NCBI GenBank assembly: GCA_051294375.1
Contig: CM119265.1
Location: forward strand, 2,641,292 to 2,705,291
Direction of reading: 5' to 3'
Length of the DNA stretch: 64,000 nucleotides
Source: Paraspadella gotoi
Taxonomy: Eukaryota; Animalia; Chaetognatha
In this document: piece after piece, positions 29,374 through 41,955 of the stretch
Position numbering within the stretch: position 1 is the first letter of the stretch
How the letters are laid out: every line of letters begins with the position of its first letter
Notes under the pieces: generated by a model
Told to the model about the DNA's origin: nothing
The model's input: the letters and a program-made list of their open reading frames with translations, nothing else
Databases searched by the model: none
Position numbers and translations under genes: made by a program

Positions 29374-29881
29374 TCAATTCCAATACAAAATCCTTACATT
29401 CCCCAACATCTTTCTGCAAACGTGGCAAGATTCGATCATGTTGGCGCAACGCTTGCAAGACACCTGACCGCAATGAAAGACGACTCCTTTGTCGTCCTCC
29501 ATGCAGATGGCGCATCTCTTCTCCTCCTTCAAATCCTCCAAATGTCGTTTCAATTCTCGAATCTTTGTCGTCGACGAAATAAAATGTTCTTCTTTCTCTT
29601 TCACGAATTTCACAATTTCCATTTGCATCATTTGCATCATTCGCTGTTCCAAGTTTCAAGTCTTTTGTTTATGTCGGTCAAAGATTCGATTCTTCTCTCG
29701 GATTTGTCGGCCAAATCGACGGCCGACACTGGGAATATCTCGAAATGATTGCGGAGTTCGCCCAACATGTCGGCGAGAGAAGCTGAGAGAGAGATGGCGT
29801 CATCGTGGGAGTCTCTGATTGGTTGGTCGTCGGCGTCGTTGATTGACTGAGGGTCGTCGTTCTCGGCGCTGATTGGCTTGT
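29374..29881 (-). pseudogene. RING array gene E, frameshift near 29650 and His-to-Gln change in the RING
   Basis: Two overlapping ORFs; CAICMEDDKGVVFHCGQVSCKRCANMIESCHVC. Confidence 0.7.
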
Positions 29882-29944
29882 CTTTAAAAAGAAATAAACA
29901 AGAACGGTAATTCAAATATGTTGCTCCGAAGTAACTGCCTTATC

Positions 29945-30222
29945 AGTATTTCTCGTGACATGACATGACTACATTAACTTTCTTAGCCCATTTATTTATG
30001 ACACACACTGCATAGAAAATCGTCTTTTGTTCTTTATAGTTATAGGATTTCCTGAAGGCGGCGCTAGCAGTCCCTTAAATTTGAGGTTTTTTCCTGTCTG
30101 AACAAATTAGCAGGTAACTATAGGTGAATTATATGTAATTTTAACATAATTAAGACAGATCGACAGACAGACATACCGACCGACCGACCGACGGAAAAGT
30201 GACTTATAGAGTTTCTCCGCGA
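29945..30222 (-). mobile_element. Family E repeat
   Basis: Reverse-complement similarity to 61405-61750. Confidence 0.6.
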
Positions 30223-30732
30223 AGTGTGTATTAACCGCTAGGAATGAATTCCCCCTGGTGCTGTAGTGAGGCGGGCCTTAATTTCTAAAAGTGCCTTTTT
30301 TCAGCTTAAAGATGTCAGAATCAAGTTGTTTTTTTTTTATATTTAAAGGTTATCGGTTAAGGATATCAATTAGATTAGGGATAGGAGTTAGGGATAAGGA
30401 TTGAGATTTTTTTTTAGCCTAAGGGTTTATGGTTAGAAATTAAGGGTTGGATAATGAGTATCAGGGTTGGGCCAAGGGATTGGGTTAGGGTTAAAAATTG
30501 AATACAGCATTTGCTAAGTAATTAGGGTTATATCTTAAGGTTAAAATTATGTTCAGGAATTAAAAGCAGATATGGAGCGCATTCCTTGAACTAACCAAAA
30601 CTTAACTAACTTGACTAACCAAAACAATTTGATGGATTCAACGACAAGAATGGCCTTTACAAGAAACTGTATTACGTGAATACTTAAGACCCGAAAGAAC
30701 AAAATATACTACATGCAAAATGACATTAATAG

Positions 30733-30956
30733 TATGGTGGACTAAAATCCACTAACCGTTCGTCAGCTGCCTATGGTGCCGGAGGCAAGTCATTCGTCTC
30801 TCAACCCAAAAGACCGAGGTTCTAGCCCTGTGGTCACGTTGCAGTTAAGAGGGACGCGCCGCTTAACCCGCCTGTAACAGCCTGATCCGAGGCTAAGGGA
30901 CAGCTTACATTGAATGGTTCTGTCATTAACATATAACAATTATCACTGTCTCTTCA
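30733..30956 (+). mobile_element. Solo LTR of family A (tRNA-like core)
   Basis: Matches both LTRs of 45145-46396; flanks ATAG/ATAC. Confidence 0.75.
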
Positions 30957-31575
30957 ATACTTAATTTTGTACGCGACTTGATCCCTGTACAATTTATTTA
31001 ACAATTCCGAATAATGAAGTTCCATCTACTTCGTTGAGAAGTAAACAACTAATTTGATTTGTTAATTATTTAAAAATGTTAACTGTAATATACTCGTCGC
31101 ATAATCATTGGGTTGTGAGCGTAAAATGATTATATATTCAAATTAAATCTATATGAAATATTTGAATTCCTTTTTTGGTGGAACGCAAAGAACGGTAATA
31201 TATTGACGGATTAATTGTCCTGGGTTTTTTTTCGATCAACGATTTGTGGCTCGATTAATTCTGTTCATAAATATTTAAAATTTATCTTAACTGAACAAGG
31301 TAAAAACTCTTTCGACCAATTAAACTTAATTGCAGTTAACCGAGAAGCATCGTTATAAATAAATTTTCAAACAATTTTATTTATTTAATTTATTTTTTTT
31401 TATTGTGAGATAACAGAAGGAAAACAATGGTACCGGTTATGTATTTTTAAAATAATTCTGAACGACCACCACATTTAAATTATAATAGCCAACTTTTTAA
31501 TAACAAAGAATTTTCACCAAAAATTTTCACCAAAATTGTCACCAAAATTTTCACCAAAATTTTCACCAAATCTCC

Positions 31576-31681
31576 CACCAATCTCTTCGGAGGCGTGGGA
31601 TCGAATCCCACAGCTGACAGCACATTTAAGGAAAAACTCATGGATTTCCAGGCGTGGGTTCGAATCCCACCGCTGCCACCA
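31576..31681 (+). pseudogene. Two tandem 3' fragments of tRNA-Leu, the second ending in CCA
   Basis: CACCAATCTCTTCGGAGGCGTGGGATCGAATCCCACAGCTGACA and GGCGTGGGTTCGAATCCCACCGCTGCCA-CCA match the metazoan tRNA-Leu variable arm, T-arm and acceptor; no 5' half is present. Confidence 0.8.
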
Positions 31682-31807
31682 CATTTAAAAAAAAAACTCA
31701 TGGATTTCTATGGTTGAAATCAGGATGAGATTTTATTCTGAGAATAATAGGTGACGGTGAGACAAACGCAGGAGTCTTGATCAATGCTACTGAAACGAGA
31801 ACAAGCT

Positions 31808-31935
31808 AAGTCTATTTATAACTAAGGAAGAGGATCGGTGACACTGGTAGAATTTAGTTCCGATGATATTGCAAGCTGATTGGTCGATTCCGGTTCCACG
31901 CTTGACCAATCAGGATTCGGCGATTCCATTTCCTG
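31808..31935 (-). promoter_or_regulatory. Putative promoter module (2x CCAAT + TATA)
   Basis: CTGATTGG..CCAATCAG upstream (minus strand) of TTATAAATAG; close paralog at 38197-38320. Confidence 0.5.
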
Positions 31936-32020
31936 CGGAGATCGCCCGAGTCTCCGATCCGATTTGCTTTTGCTGGCTTGATACTCCTGCGATGATAGAC
32001 CAAATTTGTTGTTGCTGCTG

Positions 32021-32608
32021 TTATCCCAAATAAATGATTCTGATATTCTTTACTCTCTCCCGACAGACGTGACAAGTGCTTATTTTTGATGAACAGCTTC
32101 TGCAAGCCGCATGACCGCAATCGAAGACAGCGTCTCTCACGTTGTCCTTGCAGATGGAACATTTCCTCTCTTCCTCCAACGCGTCACGAGCTTTCTTCAA
32201 CTCTTCGATCTCTGCCGACATTCGTGACTCCAGGGTTTTCAGATTTTTCACTTTTTCCGACAATTCTACATTTTTCGTCGTCAGTCCGACTTTTGTTTCA
32301 ACGAGAGAAACTCTTTCCTTCTTTAATCTTTCTATCTCCGACGCCATATTTTTGATCTCCGACTCTGACGCTTCCAAATGCGCAATCAACTCTTCGTTTC
32401 TGCGAGTCAATTCTTTCTTGATCTCAATCAACTTGAACATTTTCACGTCGATCGCGGTTGCCATGGAGATGCAAGCGACTTCGAATTGCGTTTCGTGACT
32501 TTTTCTGACGTCGAACATCGCGCGAGTGGCGACCAAAGCGGACGGATTGGATTCCTCGTTTTCATTCGGGTCATTTTCCTCTTTTATTCTGACGGCGGGC
32601 TCTCCCAT
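32021..32608 (-). CDS. RING array gene F: coiled coil + RING (195 aa ORF)
   Basis: LEEERKCSICKDNVRDAVFDCGHAACRSCSSKISTCHVC; intact ORF. Confidence 0.88.
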   Translation of the reverse strand: MGEPAVRIKEENDPNENEESNPSALVATRAMFDVRKSHETQFEVACISMATAIDVKMFKLIEIKKELTRRNEELIAHLEASESEIKNMASEIERLKKERVSLVETKVGLTTKNVELSEKVKNLKTLESRMSAEIEELKKARDALEEERKCSICKDNVRDAVFDCGHAACRSCSSKISTCHVCRERVKNIRIIYLG

Positions 32609-32944
32609 TGGGTCCTTGAAAGAGGCTGTGGCGATGAAAATTCGTCGATTAAATATGGATGATAAAGCCTAGTAAAAATTATAATTTTAACTTTAATTTA
32701 AAATTCTAAAAGTGAGGAATGAACAACATTGTACTAATGAACAATAATGTATAAAAAAAATTTATTATAAATTTTTAAACCCTATAAACGTTAAAATTTC
32801 AAAGTGGTTTTTTTGTAAGATTTTTTTATAGATTTGGATTTGTCATGAAAAGCTGATAAAAAGAAATATAACTCTTTTTGATATTATATGATAATCCTTT
32901 CTTTTCGTTGTAAATGATTTATTTATTTATCCCTGTTAAGTCTA

Positions 32945-32975
<31 letters not shown>

Positions 32976-33059
32976 AAAAACTCACTCAATCTGTGTTCAA
33001 CTTACCTGTCCTCACCTCTGACCACTATTCTGTCTCACCACTTTGTTGGAAACTTTAAC

Positions 33060-33126
<67 letters not shown>

Positions 33127-33163
33127 TCTTTTGCACAATATTTTTGTCTAATTCACAAACTAA

Positions 33164-33211
33164 AAACACTGAAGAAGGCTTGAAAAAACCAAAGTCGAAA
33201 CATGTCTGTTT
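33164..33211 (+). ncRNA. Minimal type-I hammerhead ribozyme (Penelope pLTR type)
   Basis: AAACA-CTGAAGA-aGGCTT..AAGTC-GAAA-CATGTC-TGTTT: stem I, CUGANGA core, stem II, GAAA, palindromic ACAUGU stem III and a GUC cleavage triplet. Confidence 0.75.
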
Positions 33212-33342
33212 ACCAATAAAAACAAATTCGTTGAAAACTAATAAAACTTTGTTTTTCTCTAAAACTCTTTTTGAAAAATTCCTTTATTAAGTGGGTCAAA
33301 AACCAGAAAAACCTATATTTTAAGCTGAAAATTAACTTTTTA

Positions 33343-34220
33343 GTCGGATCTGCTTTCAGCTGTTTTTCATAATTCACTTTGTCGGTCCGTCGGTCCGCCC
33401 CCTAATTTTGTCGGGCATTCTCTTATATCATGTCAGAACATCGAATTATGATAAATTATGCAAAAAAAATGAGAGAATGGATGGATTGGAATGATATTTT
33501 GTATGTGGTTAGGGAAGTGTATGATTGAGCTTGATATGAAGTTTTGATGGAATCGTCTGAGTGGAAATGAGTTTAAATGGAAAAACAAACACATCCACTC
33601 ATGAGTAATTGGAGTTCAAATAATGAAATATATTTGTTTGTTTTTCCATTTAAACTCATTTCGACTCGGACTATTCCATCGCAACTTCATATCAAGCTCA
33701 ATCACACACTTTCCTAACCACATACAAAATATCATTCCAATCCATCCATCCAATCACGAGTAATTGGTGTTTTTTACAATTGACCTGAAATTTTGTATGT
33801 GAGTAGGAAAGTGTGTGATTAAGCTGGAAATTAAGTTCCGATGGAATCGTTTGAGTGGAAATGAGTTTAAATGGAAAAAACAACGAACCTATTTCACTAA
33901 TTGATTATGCTTCTTTTTCTTTTTATTTTAAATGTAAATGCAAGATGTATTAATTAATCAAATAATTAATCAGTTAATTAATCAATTAGTCAATTAATTA
34001 ATCAATAATTAAGTAATCAGTCAATTAATCAATCAAAACAAACATTTCGGATCAAATTAATTAATTAATTGCCTAATTAATTAAATAATTAACTTGAATA
34101 AATTAACTATTAATTAATTAAATAATTAATTAATTTGAATTAATTATTAATTAATTATTAATTAATTAATTACCGATAATGATCGTGGGCAGATCCGACA
34201 TTGTTTGCTCAAACTTGTTT
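33343..34220 (+). mobile_element. DINE/Helentron-like repeat, family C
   Basis: GTCGGATCTG..CAGATCCGAC subterminal IR; homologous to 19933-20730. Confidence 0.6.
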
Positions 34221-34264
34221 TTTAATTTTTGACCCACTTAATAAAAGAAATTTTAAAAATGATT

Positions 34265-34473
34265 TGAAGAGACGGTAATTATTGATAAGTGTTAATGACA
34301 GAACCGTTCAATATAAGCAGTCCCTGAGCTTCGGATCAGGCTGTAATACCAAGTTACAGGCGGGTTAAGCGCCCCGTCCCTCTTAACTGCCAGACGACCA
34401 CAGGGTTAGAACCGCGGACCTTTGGGTTAGGAGGCGAATGACTTGCCTGCGGCACCAGTGATGATGGATTTTA
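34265..34473 (-). mobile_element. Family A LTR copy (5' end eroded)
   Basis: Reverse complement of the family A sequence. Confidence 0.7.
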
Positions 34474-35515
34474 GACTTTCTTTTATCAACTTTTGGAGAG
34501 GAATTCAAATCTGCCATCAAAATTAAGAAAAGCCCATTTTAAAATTTTAAGATTTTATAAGGATATATAAATATAGGATATATAAATATAGCCTACTGTG
34601 AAAATTAAAAAAAAAACATAAAATTAATATTTTTATTATAAATTAATGTTCACTGGTGGTACGTTGTTTGAATGTACTGTTTCAACTAATTGTTGTAAAC
34701 GAATAAAACACATATATAATTGACATTTATAATTTTCATACGTAACTTTTACTACGATCTAATGGATATATAGAGATTATTTAATATTTTCCACACGGAT
34801 CGTTTTTAAAAATGTGTAGACTACAGTAGTCGAAGGACCGGAGATTAAGAAATCTTGGCAACGCATCGAACGAGCATAGACGGAGACAAGTCATTATTTT
34901 TTTTCCTTCCGATTTTTATACATTTATAAAAAATAAATTTATCAATCATATCTCGACGGCACAACCTGAGAGTGACATAGAAATTACGAATCGTTTTAGT
35001 TCCTAGGTTTTTGTGACTCGATCTGAGAAGAAGATTAAAACTTAAGCGACATCTGGAAGTTGAGTCGATAAAAAAAAAGATCAGTTCCATTTGATACTTT
35101 TCTTTAAGTATATAAAACATTAAAAGCTATAAGCTTCATCAACGTGATGCAATATAAGGTTAATCAGCCATCAAATCTTAATGTTAATGTCCAAACATGA
35201 TTCAACATTTCACGTTTAACGAAGTTTAACATTTAGCTCTTACTTTCCAATCAAAACTCATTCGCTTCATTCAGGACGTAAAACCGAGACAGAGACAGAG
35301 ATAGACAGAGACAGAGAGAAACAAAGAAATCGAATAATGAACTGGAAACAAAAAGAAACGATTTTGAAGAAAAAAAAAGTGAAAAAGAGGAAAATAATAA
35401 GATTTGCGATCGAAAGTCGGAAAAATCTTACGTCGTCGTCGTCTTTATCATTCTCATGCATCTTTACAAGAAACAAGTGCAATTCTTTGAAATCATTCTG
35501 CCACTTATTTTTGTG

Positions 35516-35602
<87 letters not shown>

Positions 35603-35913
35603 CTCTTTCTTTATTTCTTTCTCTCTCTCTCTCTATCGTCTTCTCATACACTTCAGATGTCGTTTTAACAACAACAAAAGTTCCGTTTCTCATAAAAACT
35701 TTTTTTCATTTAATTGTTTTAAAAATTAAAAAAAACAACTTTTTCTGTTTTTTACTTCTCCTTCTCTTTCCTTTTTTTATTCGCGTCTTTCTTTATTCAT
35801 TGAAAGATTCATCTGGATTTATTTATTTTACTAATATCAGTACTTTCCCTGTTATTTTATGTATGTAAATTTTTGTTCGCTTAACCCTTAGAAAAGCATT
35901 TCTTGTACAGTTT

Positions 35914-35978
<65 letters not shown>

Positions 35979-36756
35979 CTCTCTCTCCACATTTTCTCAA
36001 AGCCTTTTGTTTGTCGGTTGAACGACCCAAACGGCAAAAAAAAAAATCAATCAAATCTAAAAAAAAAACAGAACCAGTTGTTATAAAAAATAACTTGCAT
36101 GGTTCTAGTAAAGATCAAGTCTATAATATAAACTAAAAATTGAAATAATGCAACGATAATAGCGTTAATATAAAAACAATTAAATTCAAATGTAATAATA
36201 AGAGAAAAAACATAGTTATCCTCTCGGTCTGTATGAGAGTTGTGCCCGTCTTTGATTAACTTATTCGGGTTTGTTTCTGTCTGCACTACTGTACTACTAG
36301 ACTGGGGACAGAAAGTATCAGGTACAACCATTTGTATTTACGTCATAGAAGGAATTTATTCCTTTTAAGAACAAAAATTATCGAAAAAAGAAATTTAAAA
36401 AGAAAGAAATCTTTTCGAGTTAAGGCTCAAGGAAATTACGTAAAAAAAACAAGAAAAAAAGCAGACATTATAATTGCGGTTAATTCCGTTTTCAACTCTG
36501 TGAAAAAAAGTTTTACTTTTAATTAGCCACTTTTGGATGTTTAAAAAAATATGTGTAATAAGAAAAAATTTACAAAAACTCATTCAATAAATAAAATAAA
36601 CTAAACAAATAAGTTTTATTGAAGATAATGCGTTTTTTTATGGCAGAAAATCTGTTGAAATTAAATAATACAATAATAAAATAATATAACAACGAGTCTG
36701 AAATTTGGTTCCCACATAAACAGCAAAATTTGAACCAGTTTGCATTATTACTATTC

Positions 36757-36875
<119 letters not shown>

Positions 36876-37467
36876 TTTTATTTTTTTTTTTTTTAAAGAT
36901 TATGCTTTCTTTAGTTGATTCTCAGTGATTTAACATCGTTGCCATCCATATCTGTGACCATTTAAATAAAAAGCATTTCTTTTTTTCTTTTTCAGACGAA
37001 CGAATTAAAATAAATAAAAATCATTTTCGAAAACTAAAAAAAATGGATTATGAAATAAACGAAAGAAACTTGACTACAAAATCGTCTCATTATTTTTCGT
37101 CGTCGTCGTCGTCGTCGTCGTTTTCATCTTCCTTGTCTTCGGCGTCGTCTTCCCTCCAGGGCGCCGTCGTAAAAAAAAGACGCCGTTAATCACCGAGTTT
37201 TGACGGCGCCGGATTGTGAATGTGTAAGCGATCGAAATCCTGGATCGATCAGACTTTCGGTGATCGAAAAAAAAGAACATCTGTCAAAGCGCCATCTCTT
37301 AAAAAAAAAGAGCATCTGTTATTTAAAGCGCCATCTCTCCAACTCGATCCAACCATTTGAGATTCTCGAATAATCATTTTAATTTATCAAAAATCCATTC
37401 ATCTTCTTCACGCTTATTCCACCCTCACGAAACAAAACAAAACAAAACAAAAACAAAGAAACACAAA

Positions 37468-37737
37468 TTATATTCTCCAACTCGAACGGTTGATGCGACT
37501 TAAACTATTCCAATTTTCTTTACAAACCCAACATAATTTCTCCAATTTCTTCGACTTCCGCTTTTGACTCGAACTTCCGCTTCCGACTCGAACTTCCGCT
37601 TCCGACTTGAACTTCCGCTTCTGACTGAAACTTTCGCTTCCAACTCCAACTTCCGCTTCCAACTCCGACAACCGACGATCACAACTTCGTCGCTTTTGTC
37701 GTCTCCCCCTCAACGCCCCCCCGTCGCCCCTTAAAGA

Positions 37738-37807
<70 letters not shown>

Positions 37808-37945
37808 GCCACTAATATCATCTCTGATGACGTAAAAAATAAACGCCATGGCGTCAACTGCGTCAACATTGATCTCTCGCGTCACTCGCGCGTCATACGT
37901 GGCGTAATCCTCCGTCAAAAATGTATCTCGTCAACAATCCTACGG
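37468..37945 (-). pseudogene. Possible remnant of a seventh coiled-coil/RING paralog
   Basis: CDRRLSELEAEV ... KKLEKLCWVCKEN resembles the LERLCSICAEN start of the RING; the rest is lost; contains 18-bp repeats. Confidence 0.3.
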
Positions 37946-38196
37946 TGAGTACTTGACTGTTTTCATTAATCTGTTATCGTTTTGTATTTTAAATAATAAA
38001 TAATAATAAATAATAATTCGTCAAAACGGAATCGTAATTTCGCGTCGTATAAATGGATCATGACGTTAAAGTACAGCGTGATCCATTGTAAAACGATTTT
38101 GTTTGACGATCGGATATTCGAGTTACAAAACGTATTTGTATACAAATCCAAAGGAAAAACTCATGGATTTCATGTTACTGAAACTAGAACAAACTA

Positions 38197-38320
38197 AGTC
38201 TATTTACAACTAAGGAGGAGGGACGTGGGTAAAATTTACAGTTCCAATGATTCTGCAAGCTGATTGGTCGATTCCGATTCCATGCTAGACCAATCAGGAT
38301 TTGGCGTTTCCATTTCCTGC
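38197..38320 (-). promoter_or_regulatory. Putative promoter module, paralog of 31808-31935
   Basis: About 230 bp of clear similarity (38150-38380) including both CCAAT boxes; the TATA carries one substitution. Confidence 0.45.
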
Positions 38321-39944
38321 GGAGATCGGCCGAGCCTCCAATCCGATTTGATTCTGGTGTCTTGATTCTCCTGCGACGGTATAAAAGACTAAAGAGACGT
38401 GTCTACTTAAAACTATGAGGATAAATTACCAATGATTCGTGACAGTCGATAAGCATATAAAAAATGTAATTTTTGTAATTTTATGGTTAATTTTAAGTTT
38501 ATTACTCTTAATAATTTTTTCTTGTTTAGAAATAGTCTCCCTTCGACTTGCTGTATGTCTTCTTTCTACTTGCCTCTTGTCTCACGCTCAAGTAATGTCC
38601 ATATACATCAAAACAAATTATAAAATTTACAACGTCGAATTTGTATAAATAAAATGTAAATCATAATAATAATGATAATGATAATGATAATACACTAACT
38701 CACTCGCGGCGTTCCTGTAAAATCCTCAATAGGCAGCTTTTTTATTTGCGGCGGGTTTAAAATTGTCACCACGAATAGCCAAGTTTAATTTACTCTCTTC
38801 TCTTACTTTTTATGTAATAAGTCGTCATTATTTAATCATTTAATTAAAAAAAAACATTACTTCTTTGACTCTTTTAACAAAAGAGCGAATTGAATTCACA
38901 AAACATTTGAAAATTGAAAAAAAAACAAAAAAAAAAACGGATAAATAAATTTAACGAACTAAAGTAAAATATAATTAAGTCGTTGTTCTCATTTTCGTCG
39001 TCGTCGTCGTCGTCTTCATCGTCTTCCCTCAACGGCGCCGTCGTGAAAAGACGCCGTCAAAGATATGGTGCCGACAGAAGGATAGCAGGTATCGCCTATG
39101 TAAATGTGTGAGAGAACGTCATAAGTAGGACTAAGCTCTGACTAAAAAAGTCAGAGGTTTTTTTAATATATTCTTTTACCGGCCAATGTAGAATGATTGC
39201 AATATTGGTATTGTTAAGTTTCAAACAAATCCGACCATAAATATAGAAAATATTAACCAAAATCTTCGGAAAATCTACCCCTTCTTTGGAAGATTTTTGC
39301 CATAGAAGATTTTTCCCGAATCTAACTCACGGTTAAAAACTCTTAGAATTCCAATCATAGCTTCTCTTTTACTTTTACTTTAAATAAAAATTTCACCAAA
39401 ATGGACTAATTCACTTTACCATGATCGTATCATATTAAAATAAAATAAAATGTAAAGAAAAATTTTGAGAGCCCTTCAGACATATAGCTATCGGATTCCT
39501 GAATTTGAAGTTTATTGTAAAATCACAACATATGTTAAATGCGTTGACATTGTATTGAAGTTGAGAAATCCCTTTATTTCATATATAAAAATTGTGTCGA
39601 AAATATTTTTCCGAGCGGACCAGTCCATTTGAATCTGATAGTTTGATGTCAAAATGTCAAAATGAAAAAATTGTAAACCCGGGCTTTCGCCCCAAATGAA
39701 AATCTCCATTGAAAAAATTTTCCTCAATCTCTAAGAACGACGTCAGCTCCTATCATAAGTAATAAGATTATAATTATTATTGTAATCCTTTCAGTACCGG
39801 CAGAGATCGTTTTAACTTCAACTGATTCAGTGGCTTGAAAAAAAGTTTTGAGATCCGGGATCGAACTCGAAACTCAAGATCACGACATTGCGCAGTGACT
39901 TTCTTTTCAATCAACACCGCGTCATGGCGCCTCGCTCACCTACC

Positions 39945-40021
39945 TCACAGCGCCGCCAACGCCGCCAAAGATCCGGATGTAATGACGAACAACTTGAGCG
40001 ATGCGGAAAAGGCGCGACCGC

Positions 40022-40052
<31 letters not shown>

Positions 40053-40480
40053 GCCGCCGCCTCCGCCGCTGCCTCCTCCGCTGCCGCTCCCGCCGCCTTT
40101 CTTGATCTTAAGGCACGTAACATCTTTCGCGCCGAAATTTTCTTTCATTTGTTGCCAATCGGGATTTTGTTTGTTGCACAGTTTGCAATCATTGACACAG
40201 ACTCCCTGTAAATTATCTGTTTAAATTAAAAAAAAAAAAAAAAGTCAATTATGGTCGAGTCAATCAGTGTCAATTTGGCGGCTCAAAATTAGGATTTGAG
40301 AACATCCATCTAAATCGCTACTTTTTAAAAACAATTTAAAAAAAAAATAGCTCTACACTTGGAATTATTTTTAAAATATTATATTTCTTTATTGATAAGA
40401 TATGTTTATTCAGATTAAAAAGAAAGAATAATTTTTTTTCTTTTTGACGAAAAATGGGGCAAAATTAGGAAAAACCTTTA

Positions 40481-40552
<72 letters not shown>

Positions 40553-41074
40553 TGTTAATCATAGGTCCTACTAATATTAAGCCATTATTTTAGTTATGAC
40601 TGTTCCATTTATAATTTCTTTTCTTTTCAATACAAAACGTACAAATTATTAAATTCTTTTAACTATATAAATTTTAAATATCCTGACTTAAAATCATCAA
40701 ATCTACGTCTGTATTAATAATTTAATTCAAAAAGTAATAAATTTAATTTGCTCTAACGAAGTCTTACTCTCGAGCGTTAAAACGCAACACGCTGTAATCT
40801 TCGGATCATTCATTTCTTCGCATGTGTTGGCTTTAATGCAGGCTACTTTATCCGCATCTCTCTCTCGTTTCTCCTTCCCTTCATTTCTTTCATCCATCGC
40901 TTCCCTTCCTCCTTCTCCTTCTTCCTCCATTGCTTCCCTTCTTCCTCCTCCCCCTTCTTCTTCTACTTCTACTTCTTCTCTCTTCTTCCTGTGACTCGCC
41001 TCTGCGTTCATAAAACTCGTCAAGAATAAAAAGAGAAAAAAAGATAAAACAATGAATTTCATTTGACTGTACAT
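39945..41074 (-). CDS. Cys-rich secreted protein S1: signal peptide, E/G/R-rich spacer, 8-Cys domain, Gly linker, GPI-like tail. Exons 41074-40768, 40216-39945
   Basis: MYSQMKFIVLSFFLFLFL..CIKANTC..ACC | ..CVNDCKLC..C..(G)n..LFVITSGSLAALAAL*; phase-1 GT/AG join. Confidence 0.8.
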
Positions 41075-41442
41075 GGTTGAAGTAACGAATGAAGCTAGGC
41101 TCGCTTTTTTAAGACAATTTTGAAGTCACAAGTCACCGAAACCATTTAACGTGTCTTTTTGAACGTGTCTGTGTTTGTCGAAGACAACTATTTGTTTTCT
41201 CCGGAACAAAATATGAAAAGTTAATGAAAGTTTTTTTTGTGAATCATTTAGAGGTTGAATCATGAATGTGTTCGTTGTATTTTTTTTTTGAATTATTATT
41301 TGTAAATATGTTTTCGTAAACAAATGACTAAATAAACTTATTTTAAATCTAAGTGAAAACTAGCGCTCCGTATTCTGACTTAGTCACTCAGCGTTAAAGA
41401 TTTAAATATTGAAACGACTCTCTTGTACAATAAACAGCACAT

Positions 41443-41694
41443 TATATCAACAGCCGGGTTGCCTGTGATGCCCATTGGGATGGGGCATATCACTGTTGGC
41501 TTTGGGGGCTTCCGACCCTCAGTGACGCCTCCAGTCACTGACGTGGTTGCCCTAGGACGGTCTCGCATTGCCGCAGAGGGAAGTCGTTAGGACTGTGGAT
41601 GGAACACTATGCCTGGGATGGTGTGTTCACCCTCTGAGCCAATGGATTTGGCTGAAGGATGGTGGAAGTGAGGCGGTGTGAATATACCGCCACA
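41443..41694 (+). mobile_element. Solo-LTR-like repeat, family D
   Basis: TA..CA ends, 4-bp TSD ACAT. Confidence 0.75.
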
Positions 41695-41721
41695 ACATAT
41701 TGAATATTGAATATTGAATAT

Positions 41722-41955
41722 AATGGTGGACTAAAATCCACCAACCGTTCATCAGCGGCCATTGGTGCCGGAGGAAAGTCATTCGCCTCCCAACCCAAAG
41801 GTCCGAGGTTCTAGCCCGGTGGTCGCTTAGCAGTAAGAGAGGGATGGGGCGCTTAACCCGCCTGTAACATGGTGTTACAGCCTGTCCGAAGCTCAGGGAC
41901 TGCTTATATTGAACGGTTCTGTCACTAACATATAACAATAATTACTGTCTCTTCA
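41722..41955 (+). mobile_element. Solo LTR of family A
   Basis: 4-bp TSD ATAT; matches the family A LTRs. Confidence 0.75.

Larger units (their letters stand above)
32663..34760. mobile_element. MITE family B copy fragmented by three nested insertions
   Basis: Segments collinear with 23848-24461, interrupted at ~32880-33260, 33343-34220 and 34265-34473. Confidence 0.65.

Noticed and set aside
31560-31681. Functional tRNA-Leu gene
   Set aside because: No 5' acceptor strand, D-arm or anticodon loop.
34845-36331. Short minus-strand ORFs 34845-35120 and 36047-36331
   Set aside because: No recognisable motif or consistent splice partners.
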